Positions 11,701-20,322 of a stretch of 64,000 nt of DNA are shown here, piece after piece. Position 1 is the stretch's first letter; the number at the start of each line of letters is the position of its first letter. Location of the stretch: NCBI GenBank assembly GCA_002811645.1, contig PDIP01000069.1:1-64000 (forward strand), given 5' to 3'. This stretch comes from Corallochytrium limacisporum Hawaii (lineage: Eukaryota > Protista > Pluriformea). The notes under the pieces were generated by a model. The model was given only the letters and a program-made list of their open reading frames with translations. It was not told where the DNA came from and did no database searches. The position numbers were made by a program, and so were the translations under genes.

Positions 11701-12644
11701 GTAGTCATCTGCTGGTCTTCTTTGTCATCAGTTCCAAAACTGCTGTCCACTGAAGTAATTGAGATGGAGTCCATTTCGATAGTGTTTGCACGTTCCAGCT
11801 GTCGGAAACAGGTCGAATTGGTCGCTTCAGAGGACACGGAGGTGCAGTCCGACAGGGGATCGGAGTCAAGGTTTTGTATAGTGGAGAAGGACTGTGTACT
11901 GACCGTTTTCTGAGACGCGGACAAGGACTGGGAGCTGTTTGTGTTCTGGGACAATGTGGGTTTGAACATGCCTAATGACTGGGGTTTCGGTTTAGCAATC
12001 TGCATGAGCAATTTGTGCCAAATGAAAATTTGGACAACACCATCCCGTGTCATGGGAAGCTCAAAGGCCTGATCCACCAACAGGATCTCACCCATTAGAG
12101 GACGTAGAGATATCTCTCTCATCTTCCACTTCTTCTTCCTGGATTTAGGGAGTCCACTTAGCTTGTCTATATGTCTGGTTCGGTGGGCTGCAGACTTTAC
12201 GTACACAATGCGTAGACTGTCATGTTCGCTGTTGGTGTCCTTGAGCCACTCTGAGTCCTGCTCCGTAGCATCGCGAATTTGGCTGTCAATGTCGTCCAAT
12301 GTACACTCCCGACCCTGTGCAGTTGAGCTCTTTATGGACACAATGCGTGAGGACTCGATCCAGGTTTCAAATACCAACGATACCGACGGAGTCCCTGATT
12401 TGGCCTTTTTGGCACTCTGAATGTCAAATTCTGCGATGAGAATGCCAGTTTCGTACAGAAAGAGTCGCCGAAGGCCCCTTGTCTTACCTTTTGTATCGTC
12501 CCGGAGATAGAAGTCCGCTTCATTGATCAGGGGCGAAGGACTCTTGGTCAGCTGATGGGGAACCTTCTTCAATTTGTGCGTGACAGGCACCCGTTTGCCT
12601 GCGACCACTTCCGTGCGGAGGAGATCAACAGTAACCAACCGCAT
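8769..12644 (-). CDS. Ras-family guanine nucleotide exchange factor (N-terminal PH-like domain + CDC25/RasGEF domain), 1291 aa; N-terminus uncertain
   Basis: CDC25 motifs: VARQLWHLDASMF, FNQLVLFVATTVL, RAEVIVRFIRIAKKCRKWNNFHSLKALISGLQCNAVYRLDATW, IPYLGVVVSDITY. PH-like RRLFLYETGILIA near the N-terminus. Confidence 0.88.
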   Translation of the reverse strand: MRLVTVDLLRTEVVAGKRVPVTHKLKKVPHQLTKSPSPLINEADFYLRDDTKGKTRGLRRLFLYETGILIAEFDIQSAKKAKSGTPSVSLVFETWIESSRIVSIKSSTAQGRECTLDDIDSQIRDATEQDSEWLKDTNSEHDSLRIVYVKSAAHRTRHIDKLSGLPKSRKKKWKMREISLRPLMGEILLVDQAFELPMTRDGVVQIFIWHKLLMQIAKPKPQSLGMFKPTLSQNTNSSQSLSASQKTVSTQSFSTIQNLDSDPLSDCTSVSSEATNSTCFRQLERANTIEMDSISITSVDSSFGTDDKEDQQMTTYRPIKRRSSRDEELDIFGMKRTLLEEISTIVMLPVGEQKSYARDVIVQSMERFLGDVKIFVIAHIPLLLEMSNGLMFMSLVGDRMSLIRLELKKLRKVFGRAGTQPEQLRILLAARLKNLVHQSNELFSTVHILTRQLLCGDEAGCERYALDKRALELVEHQPVLSPRAWQVQRRPRAIYRQQRRPSLPNLAIGQPFHEELKLRNHDVSNNDDVKISWDNDIHPVQSAILSTLTGFEKGLDPSMDLPEAAAVELDDPTSVEVISSSLNGGVSSVPGRAGATDHSQRMSGAWWSDGNSTALPHSSTNLAEKRRSGLQHFALQLQIPERFLTNQPKPTHLRSITSVDFTMSIFDLRPVDVARQLWHLDASMFLGVEPNDLYSFAKSAMSSREKDMPTEGNNEPDPLHRSIQQFNQLVLFVATTVLIQETPRTRAEVIVRFIRIAKKCRKWNNFHSLKALISGLQCNAVYRLDATWQRVPQKSKKAFNTLVKTVSEQNNHRDYRTKLALALWNSMDLCGQRSSLRPQVVKGILCSALSDPMHAEDTVKNVCCTATEGNNTDIPPIPYLGVVVSDITYLQAIGKGLKDLPDDSKTKRVKLERQEAHYRSLATTHDLMRGGMLMVMEQVDHLYGKSAQTTQCHGVDVHGPTVSGSSTKHSRKACPTTVDHSLEQSRVEKLKDALTGLLRGGVAGWGSGNDMAKASSTSNTTVSGGNSAVERSVPQEASVAQSTESSVRPENVKASTQIGMKLGPRMVTLQQYLLHSPTLSEDENYALSMQRESTNGTAKGVPAGSVNDSKDGLEDLSVRVNGKTYRLSTVLEPQILMERPLDRLRNSLVRWEKALETIREDVVGSTGADSPITGTTGSTATDSEHGQHDTPPDVTVASPHKVNISSGAARERLAHAAAATRLQNQWRQKPSSGLQSAMFSTDPIDNSSTGAGPERSARIQRMWEMQRIVTLHRRAIKMREKELNERYGEKQ

Positions 12645-12653
12645 CGTTACACA

Positions 12654-12710
12654 CTATTGTGTTAGCTGTGCCCAAAATTGAGCAGTGCCAAGACTCCAGA
12701 CACTGCTCAC
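12654..12710 (-). other. Candidate 57-nt intron just upstream of the RasGEF ATG, containing a 9-bp hairpin
   Basis: Minus strand: GTGAGC at 12710, GCTAAC at 12666-12661, TAG at 12656-12654. Removal joins ORF 12654-12962 in frame to the RasGEF (...CTIA|CVTMRLV...). Confidence 0.45.
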
Positions 12711-13256
12711 TGCAATCGTGCAGAAGAGATCCCGTCCAGTTGGTTCAAATGTGGAAAGTTGGGGGCTACTACCAAATGACAGGAAAACCTTTAGACTCGT
12801 ATACCAGCAACTCAGTGTACACATAAGCAGTTCAGCAGAACATAAAATGCATCCCGGAAAAGAGAGATGCAATTTGAGAACATTAACCATGACTGAGAGA
12901 GCCCCGTTCGAAGTGCCCCGAACAGGCCCTCCAACCCAGTCGGACGGATGGTCCTTAGACACCCAGCAACCCTCGTCATTTCCTGTGCTGTCTTTCGACT
13001 AGTACTGAATGTATGCGCTGTTTCTTTCTCCTTTTTGTGTCTACCCTCCTTACTTCCCCGGGTCATCCACGCCGAAGGGAGATCTCCCCCACGCAACCGG
13101 GGCAGTAAGGAGTTGCTATTGGCCCGGGCGGGAAGATCACTGGCGGGGACTGACCCGTTGGACACCCTGAGCACACAGCGGGTACACACCGATGGTTCCG
13201 TCATGATCATGGAAGAGAAAGTCTCGGAGATGTCTCCTCTTGCTTAATGCGTTTGC

Positions 13257-13586
13257 CTGTTTGCAGTCATGTTAGTACACCTTGAAGTAATTCAAATGCT
13301 AAACTGTTTACAAGCCAAAGTTCATTTTGCAGGAAACAAAATGGACTACAGAGATCGCAGAATATCGAACGTGAAACTCATGAAAATATCGTGAATCTTT
13401 GATTATTCTGGTATGAATATGATGGTTCTTATGTAAAGGATTTCCAATCAGAAATGAATCGCATACTTAACGTGCGCACTCTCTTGGCGGGTTCTTTCGG
13501 GCTGCGTGCCTTTCCAGTTCCACTACTGTGGTCTCCCTCTCCCTCCGTTAGCAACAAAACTTGTAGAAAAACTCCAGTTGACTTAC
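13257..13586 (-). other. Putative 5'-leader spliceosomal intron (330 nt) of the RasGEF transcription unit
   Basis: Minus strand: G|GTAAGT at 13586, TACTAAC at 13277-13271, first downstream AG is CAG ending at 13257. Confidence 0.75.
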
Positions 13587-13674
13587 CAGCCGGGTCCATA
13601 CCACCGGCATTGAACAGCCCGACCCCCTCAGCGGTGAAAATCTACTTCTCATTTTGAAAGAGGAGTGAATTCAA

Positions 13675-13932
13675 ATGAATGAGGCTATGGATGATTCGCG
13701 CGCTCGGGCAGAGAGTAGTGGCTCGAATCATGATACCGATAACCTTCTGGAGAGTGTATGCCACATTCGGCACCGAGATCTCCAGAAAACTGTGGAGGCA
13801 TCAGAAGTTCACTTGCAGGGGTGTCTTGCTTTCTATGGAGCGTACCTCGCACCCTTGCTGCCCACCCGGACCTTTGTTGCCAAGAACCCACAGGCAATCC
13901 CACCTGCACGACCTTCAGAAGGGGAAATTTGA
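13675..13932 (+). CDS. Hypothetical small protein (85 aa)
   Basis: ATG-initiated ORF between a C-rich promoter-like tract and an AT-rich terminator-like region (13933-14040). No family recognised. Confidence 0.3.
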   Translation: MNEAMDDSRARAESSGSNHDTDNLLESVCHIRHRDLQKTVEASEVHLQGCLAFYGAYLAPLLPTRTFVAKNPQAIPPARPSEGEI

Positions 13933-14342
13933 TTTTTGATTAAATAAATCAATACCATTATTTTAAGATAGATATCAGAAATCTTATATACTCAAAAAGA
14001 AATCTTTTGTTTGAATCTTTATTTAGGGGTCTATTTAATCTTATCCAGGCGTACCGCCAACGTGTGATCGCCAAATTAAAACACTGTTTCGGGCATTTTC
14101 CCTTGCGGCCCCCAGTGCTTCTGGTGGGAAAGGTGGTCTTGGCCCCTTGTGAAATGCGGCAGGCTAATTTTTACACTTGCTTGGCACAGGAATCCCGTGT
14201 CTCCTTGTTCTCTCAGCTTCGAAAAGCTTAAGGTCCTTTCATGGCTATTAAGAATCTTCTGGGTACGCTGATCTCAGCCTAGTACACACAGGCGAATACT
14301 CTTTGCAGTTCGGGAAGAATTGGAAAATCAGAAACATTCAAA

Positions 14343-14489
14343 ATGGTCGCAAATGAACAGCCAAAGGTGACGGCCCCTAACACGGGTTTCTTCTCGGACC
14401 CCAAGGCGTTCACCCTGGTCCGTAACTTCGCTGTGTTTGCTGGTGCTATCATCTTTGCCCGCAACTTTGGCGATCTGCTGGCTGTCTAA
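14343..14489 (+). CDS. TOM6: TOM6-like mitochondrial outer membrane translocase subunit, 48 aa (below ORF track cutoff)
   Basis: caaaATG start. MVANEQPKVTAPNTGFFSDPKAFTLVRNFAVFAGAIIFARNFGDLLAV has a single C-terminal TM resembling animal TOM6 (NLGLFAAGVWLARNLSD) and fungal Tom6 (VVRSIAFFGAAVAFL...WGEML), as recalled. Codon usage resembles RPL17. Confidence 0.72.
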   Translation: MVANEQPKVTAPNTGFFSDPKAFTLVRNFAVFAGAIIFARNFGDLLAV

Positions 14490-14664
14490 GCGAAATTGTA
14501 AAGAAAAGAATATAGGGCATGAATTTATACATATATATACCTGTCGATGTCACTAGGCTACTATTTCTGTTTCATTGTCTGCCTTATTTGCATTAATCAG
14601 TGCAGAGGAAGTTGGAATTGATGTTTAAAAGATCTTTTTCCCCAGTTGCTTGGTTCATGTGTCT

Positions 14665-15735
14665 CTATTGTTTCTTCTTTTTCTCTATTCCATCTTCTAC
14701 CGGGGTCGATATCAGGGTCTGGAACACGCCTCCATAGAGGAGAGTGCCCAGGAGCACCAGGAAAATCCCTGCGTAGTGCAATTGTGCAAAGGGATGCCCA
14801 AACCAGAGCTTAGATATCATCAGACTGCTGAACTTACGCAACGTCAGCACTAGTGTAACGGTTGGACTGCTTACCTGGGCGGTAAGCATGAAGACCCCGG
14901 CAATGCACACGAATTGAGTGATGGAATTCAGCGCCAGCGCAACAATGCCATCACTGATGTAGTCTGAAGTGAAATTGAGGTAGTTGTGGATGCCACACTG
15001 TTCTTGCATGTCGTTACAGCTGTAGTTGGTAATGTCGTCCAAGTGATCCACAATATCATCCGCCATGAAGAAGAAGCCGGGTAGGCTAAGGAGATGCAAG
15101 AAAAAGAGAGATTCGATCCAATTATGTGCACCATACTTGCCATATACCACCTCCTGTAGTACTCCAAGGATCGAGCTGAGTACCAGAGCGATGGTGAGCA
15201 GTCCAAGCCCCATGCTCCACTGCTTTACTTCCTCCGAGCTGTAATCAAGAAAGGCACCAAAGCCTTTACTAACGTCAAACTCCATTCGTTCCGAGGAAGG
15301 AAGACTTGCAATGGTGCAGAGTACCACGCCGATGCTCACGCCAATAGCGCCCAGGAGCCGCCCAGGAGAGACCATCTGCCCAATAAAGGCCCACCGTGCC
15401 ACTATGTTGGTGAGTAAGGAACCGCTGCGGAAGATCATATGCAGAGGAATAGGAATGTTGTAGTGTAGTGCCGCATTGTTAGTGACGCTGAGAATAAAGA
15501 ACATGACTACCATAGCAAGATGAGCCCAGTAAGGAAGGCCGCTGCCCGATTTGCGCGGTTGAAATTTGTACCAGATGCCTGAAATAATCGTCACAGCCAA
15601 AAATTGAGCGGCTGTGATGAGGTTTCCGGACTTCGGATCTATGTTTGTCAGAACCTCGAGTGTGAACACATTTGCACAACACCCACCCATTATAGGTCCG
15701 ACAATCAGCAGACCCAGTACCAATGGTCCAGCCAT
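14665..15735 (-). CDS. SLC35B4: UDP-xylose/UDP-GlcNAc nucleotide-sugar transporter (SLC35B4/Yea4 family), 356 aa
   Basis: GCCANVFTLE, GNLITAAQF, NNAALHYNIPIPLHMIFRSGSL, TQFVCIAGV, VTLVLTLRKFSSL; C-terminal KKKKQ ER-retrieval-like motif. First ATG at 15735 (the ORF track start is a GTG). Confidence 0.93.
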   Translation of the reverse strand: MAGPLVLGLLIVGPIMGGCCANVFTLEVLTNIDPKSGNLITAAQFLAVTIISGIWYKFQPRKSGSGLPYWAHLAMVVMFFILSVTNNAALHYNIPIPLHMIFRSGSLLTNIVARWAFIGQMVSPGRLLGAIGVSIGVVLCTIASLPSSERMEFDVSKGFGAFLDYSSEEVKQWSMGLGLLTIALVLSSILGVLQEVVYGKYGAHNWIESLFFLHLLSLPGFFFMADDIVDHLDDITNYSCNDMQEQCGIHNYLNFTSDYISDGIVALALNSITQFVCIAGVFMLTAQVSSPTVTLVLTLRKFSSLMISKLWFGHPFAQLHYAGIFLVLLGTLLYGGVFQTLISTPVEDGIEKKKKQ

Positions 15736-16567
15736 ATTTTCTCGTTGGGTTGCTTTCACTCTATAGGAGTTATCGTTGAAACTTCTCAGCTGTTAGTTCC
15801 ACATTATTACTTCCTCACTTTGCTAGTTCATGTTGCTATTGCGTTGATTGCGTTCTACAGAGCAAAATAGGACATCCTAGTCCTTCAAGGTTTAAGGACC
15901 AGTGTTGAATGAAAATCTATCTTGGGACCAAGTCTTTACAAACAATGCACATAACGACGTCATAAAGCGATACCAAAGTTCACACAGAAGGCGGCCGCGG
16001 AACAGTCAATGTCATTGGATCGGGCTCGCCCCAAAGGGATCCGGACAACCCGCCGCGTCACTTGACAATGGGAAGAAAATCAACCAAACTTTCGCGCCTA
16101 GGTTTTGTGGGGAGGAGGGGGAGAATTTCGCGTATCCTGAATCTGCGGAAATCAGGGGACCATTGATCCCTCCCTCCCATTCACCGGCACCTGTGGCCCC
16201 TCGGACCCACCAACCCAGACCCTTTCCCTTTCGTCTCCCTCCCCCCCATCGCTCTTGCTGGCCTGCTCGGCAGACCCGCGTGGTGGGCGGATTTGGTTGG
16301 GCTCCGGTGTGGAATCATTGCGCATAGAGGCTTGCTCGAACGCTGTCTCCCAGTTTGAGTTCGTTATGATTCAGAACGGCACTATACTACTGGTCTGGTA
16401 CTTTTTAATAGCAAGAGCACGAGGGAGAAACCGTACATGGGTAATGAAACAAACCAAACGGACAATTGGATGGTAATTGATCAAGTTCCCATGGTAAGTT
16501 CGACCATGTAAGGAACAGTTCCAAGATATCAAAGCTAAAGTTTTTTATACATTATTAATAGATCACA

Positions 16568-18160
16568 ATGGCCACAAGATTTCGCCAACCTACAGAGACC
16601 AAGAGACGCAAACTCAAGGCTGTAGAAGAGGGTGAGAAGATAGATGAGATTCGTCAGAAACATGCCTTTGTGCAACTCGTCACGGACGATGGTACAAAGC
16701 TAGGACCACAACTTGACATTCAGCTTTCTACAAACACTAGTGAATTGCAGATTTTGACTACAGAACTACGGAGGGCAGCGGAAGAAGATCGACAAAGGAA
16801 CAAGACCCGCGAACAGAAAGAGAACGATGTAGACGAGGAATTCGATCCTGACGTGCCGTATAGCTTTTTCGTGAACGATGAGGAGATCACCACGGAGCTA
16901 CATGAGACTATTACGCGTCTAGAACAGAACTTGGAAGGCACGATCACGATCACCTGCCGGCCGGAAGCTGTATTCAAGGTCCGAGCCGTGAGCCGCAGCG
17001 CTGGTTCGCTGCCAGGCCACCAGGATGCTGTGTTGTGTGCCAGTTTCAGTCCAAACAGCCGATGGATTGCGAGCGCAGGCGGGGACACAACGGTGCGTAT
17101 TTGGGATCCCCTCACGGTCACGCCCAAGTACACGCTCCGAGGTCACAAAGACTGGGTCCTACAGACCGCATGGAGCCCGGACGCTCGCTTTGTGGCTTCT
17201 GGCGACAAGAAAGGCATTGTCTACGTCTGGGACGTCCTGGAGAAGGGAGCAGCACACTGGGGTAACATGAAGGGTCATAAATCGTTCATTACGGGCATCG
17301 CCTGGGAACCATTCCACAGAAACGAGGGCAAGTGCTGTAGATTCTTGACTTCGTCAAAGGATGGCACAACCCGCATGTGGGACGTTCTGCGCAAACAATG
17401 CGTCCTGGCCCTCAGCCAGCACACTGCCAGCGTGACCTGTGTACGTTGGGGCGGCAATGGACTGATGTATACGGGTAGTCAGGACCGGACTATTAAGGTC
17501 TGGCGCGATAAAGATGGCGCACTTTGCCGCACACTAGCGGGACACGCACATTGGGTGAATACCATGGCCTTGCACACGGATTATATCCTCCGCCTAGGAC
17601 CGTTCAGCTATGCACAGAAGCAGTTGCCCTACGTCCGCAGTGGCAATGGCCATGATACGCAGCGCCTGGCTGCTGTGGCCAAAGCGCAGAAGGCTTACGA
17701 CGACGTGCGTAATCTTTGTAAGGATGGTGAGCGCCTGATCACTGGCAGTGATGACTACACCATGTACTTATGGAGCCCAGAGACGGATAAGAAGCCTCTA
17801 AAGCGCCTAACAGGTCACCAACAGCTAATCAACATGGTTGCGTTTGATCCTCGGGGACAGTACATTGCAAGTGCGAGCTTTGATAAGAGCGTTAAGCTGT
17901 GGACAGTGGACGGTAAGTTCCTGACTTCGTTCCGCGCACATGTCGGGCCTGTCTACCAAGTTGCATGGTCTGCGGATGGTCGTCTGTTTGTCAGCGTAAG
18001 CGCGGATTCAACAGTGAAGGTCTGGAATCTGAAGAAGCGAAAGATGATTCAGGACTTGCCTGGCCATGCCGACGAAGTCTATGCCGTTGACTGGAGCCCC
18101 GATGGTGAGTTTAGCGTGTCCGGCAGCAAAGATAAGACTTTGAAGCTCTGGCGCCCTTAA
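16568..18160 (+). CDS. NLE1: Notchless/Rsa4 ribosome assembly factor (NLE ubiquitin-like domain + WD40 repeats), 530 aa
   Basis: VPYSFFVNDEEI, PEAVFKVRAVSR, GHAHWVNTMALHTDY, RLTGHQQLINMV, DLPGHADEVYAVDWSPDG. Confidence 0.96.
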   Translation: MATRFRQPTETKRRKLKAVEEGEKIDEIRQKHAFVQLVTDDGTKLGPQLDIQLSTNTSELQILTTELRRAAEEDRQRNKTREQKENDVDEEFDPDVPYSFFVNDEEITTELHETITRLEQNLEGTITITCRPEAVFKVRAVSRSAGSLPGHQDAVLCASFSPNSRWIASAGGDTTVRIWDPLTVTPKYTLRGHKDWVLQTAWSPDARFVASGDKKGIVYVWDVLEKGAAHWGNMKGHKSFITGIAWEPFHRNEGKCCRFLTSSKDGTTRMWDVLRKQCVLALSQHTASVTCVRWGGNGLMYTGSQDRTIKVWRDKDGALCRTLAGHAHWVNTMALHTDYILRLGPFSYAQKQLPYVRSGNGHDTQRLAAVAKAQKAYDDVRNLCKDGERLITGSDDYTMYLWSPETDKKPLKRLTGHQQLINMVAFDPRGQYIASASFDKSVKLWTVDGKFLTSFRAHVGPVYQVAWSADGRLFVSVSADSTVKVWNLKKRKMIQDLPGHADEVYAVDWSPDGEFSVSGSKDKTLKLWRP

Positions 18161-18990
18161 CGCTCTGTACCACAATGCACTCTCATTTCAAAAAGTCCGG
18201 ATATTCTTAAGTTTCCGTAAACTGTTGACAATATTGGTGTCGGCAAGTCGGACAGTTTCCGTGCTGAGGAAACTGAAATTGGTACGGTGAAACGCATTCG
18301 CCCCAGACATCGTCAAATTTGACTTTTCCATTATACATTCTCTGGACTCGCATACTTACGTAGACGATAGAAGCAGTTACCATCAAGCTATTTGGATTTG
18401 CGAACAGTGATTTTAGTCCTTCTTAATTTCCCATACATTATCATTGACATATCGTCGAGAACACGAAGCCAAAGGACCGTTCTTGATCGTTGGGAGGAAG
18501 CCGCCCCATATTTTTTCCCCGTTCCTGCCAAGCCACCGGGACATTTTCCGGTCCTTTAGTACATTCGCTACGGAATCCTGGTATGACAGTGTCGGTACTT
18601 TCACTACCGCCTGGGAACCCACAACTCTGGGGTGGTGGGGGTGGCTGGTAGTACTCAGGGGAGCAGTTGGAAGTGGTGGAGACACGGTGGAGCGACTGGT
18701 GACGCGGCTTATGCTCAGACCAGCCGGCTGCGCCCTCGTTTTGGGATTTTGGTATTTGTTTCTGGCTGTTGAAAAATGTCTTTCAGTCCATTCTCATTGT
18801 AATGAATGTAACCTAGAACCAGACATGACGCGATCAAATTGAGAAAGGGTGAAACATAGGGCGAGTATCTGAACCCCCGAGAACTAGCCATGTAGAGCAT
18901 CTCGATACGTAGCCCAAAGAGAACCGGACAAGAAGAAATTTTATACCCGTTAGTGTAGAGAATAGATCAAGAGAAATACTACGTAGTAGA

Positions 18991-20025
18991 ATGGCACAGT
19001 GGCACAACTACAGCAAACGCTCGCCAGCCGTGCGACGGATCATGCAGGAAGCTAAGGAGCTCTCCGACCCAACCGGCCTCTACCACGCCCAGCCAACAGA
19101 AGATAACATCTTTGAATGGCACTTTACGATCCGCGGACCTGAGGGGACAGTGTTTGAAGAGGGCATTTACCATGGACGAATCCTGCTACCCACGGACTAT
19201 CCATACGAACCGCCAGCTATCATTCTACTTACGCCCAATGGACGTTTCGAGACCCACAAGAAGATTTGTCTGTCAGTAACTCAGTATCACCGTGAGAGCT
19301 GGCAACCAGCGTGGGGAATTCGTACAGTTCTGCTCGCATTGATCGCTTTTCTTCCGACGGAAGGCCGGGGGGCAATTGGCAGTCTAGACCTCAGCGAGGA
19401 TGATCGGAAGACATTGGCTGCCAAGAGCGGTGCGTGGAAGTGCGAAAAGTGTGGCGAGCGAAACGACGCCCTTGTCAATGACCGCGGCGCGGACGATCCG
19501 CAAGCTAGTGCCAATGAAAAAGATCAGGAAGCAGTTAAAGCGATGTCGGCAGGATTCCAAGCGGAAGAGGCGGTGAAGGGCAATAGTTCAGCGAAGGAAG
19601 ATGACAAGGATGGAGGTGCTGATAGTCCTGGTAGAAAGGAAGAAACGACTGGTTCCGAAGCAGCGACAGCTGCAGGGGTCCAAGGATCAAGCACAGCGCA
19701 GACTGTCCAAGCGACATCCTCTTCAGAGACAGCAACAACCGTTGAAGGGCCGCCAGGGACTGGTGAGCCACCTGCACCAGCGGCCGAACAGGTCGGGACA
19801 ACAGAAACTATCACTGCAGCGACTGACAGTTCCACTGGTCCTTCTTCTACGACCGGGGGTGCAGCCGTAGCCTCCCCTCTGACACCGCAGGAACGCCTCG
19901 ACGCGGTCCAACCGTACATGGTTGACGAAAGTGGTAAAACTACACTTGACATGGGTGTCGCATGCACTTTGGTCTTGCTGCTGGCGTTGCTTGTTCGGCG
20001 CACTATAATTGAAGAGCTTGAGTAA
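18991..20025 (+). CDS. UBE2J1: Tail-anchored ubiquitin-conjugating enzyme E2 J1 (Ubc6 class), 344 aa
   Basis: SPAVRRIMQEAKEL, NIFEWHFTIRGP, TPNGRFE..KKICLS with catalytic Cys, WQPAWGIRT; hydrophobic C-terminal anchor. Confidence 0.95.
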   Translation: MAQWHNYSKRSPAVRRIMQEAKELSDPTGLYHAQPTEDNIFEWHFTIRGPEGTVFEEGIYHGRILLPTDYPYEPPAIILLTPNGRFETHKKICLSVTQYHRESWQPAWGIRTVLLALIAFLPTEGRGAIGSLDLSEDDRKTLAAKSGAWKCEKCGERNDALVNDRGADDPQASANEKDQEAVKAMSAGFQAEEAVKGNSSAKEDDKDGGADSPGRKEETTGSEAATAAGVQGSSTAQTVQATSSSETATTVEGPPGTGEPPAPAAEQVGTTETITAATDSSTGPSSTTGGAAVASPLTPQERLDAVQPYMVDESGKTTLDMGVACTLVLLLALLVRRTIIEELE

Positions 20026-20322
20026 AGGACAAGTCCTGTTGTTGTATAGTCCGATCTCAAGTTCATAATGAATGTATGACGAGTAGAAACTGTAACTTGG
20101 TAATCGATGTCTGTTGTGGCAAGTTTCTCGAGATGTGGCGGGGGGGCAGCCTGATGTTGGAAGAGTATGGAGGGCTGCAGCTACTCTAGACAAACAGAAT
20201 AAAATTGGAACGTCCCGAAGAGCAGACAAATTCCAAGCAAACCATTGAATTAGTGAACTCTTTTAAACCATGTGTATTGTTCAGATGTTAGTTCTTAGAA
20301 CGGAATGCTTTCCGTGTCCCTA

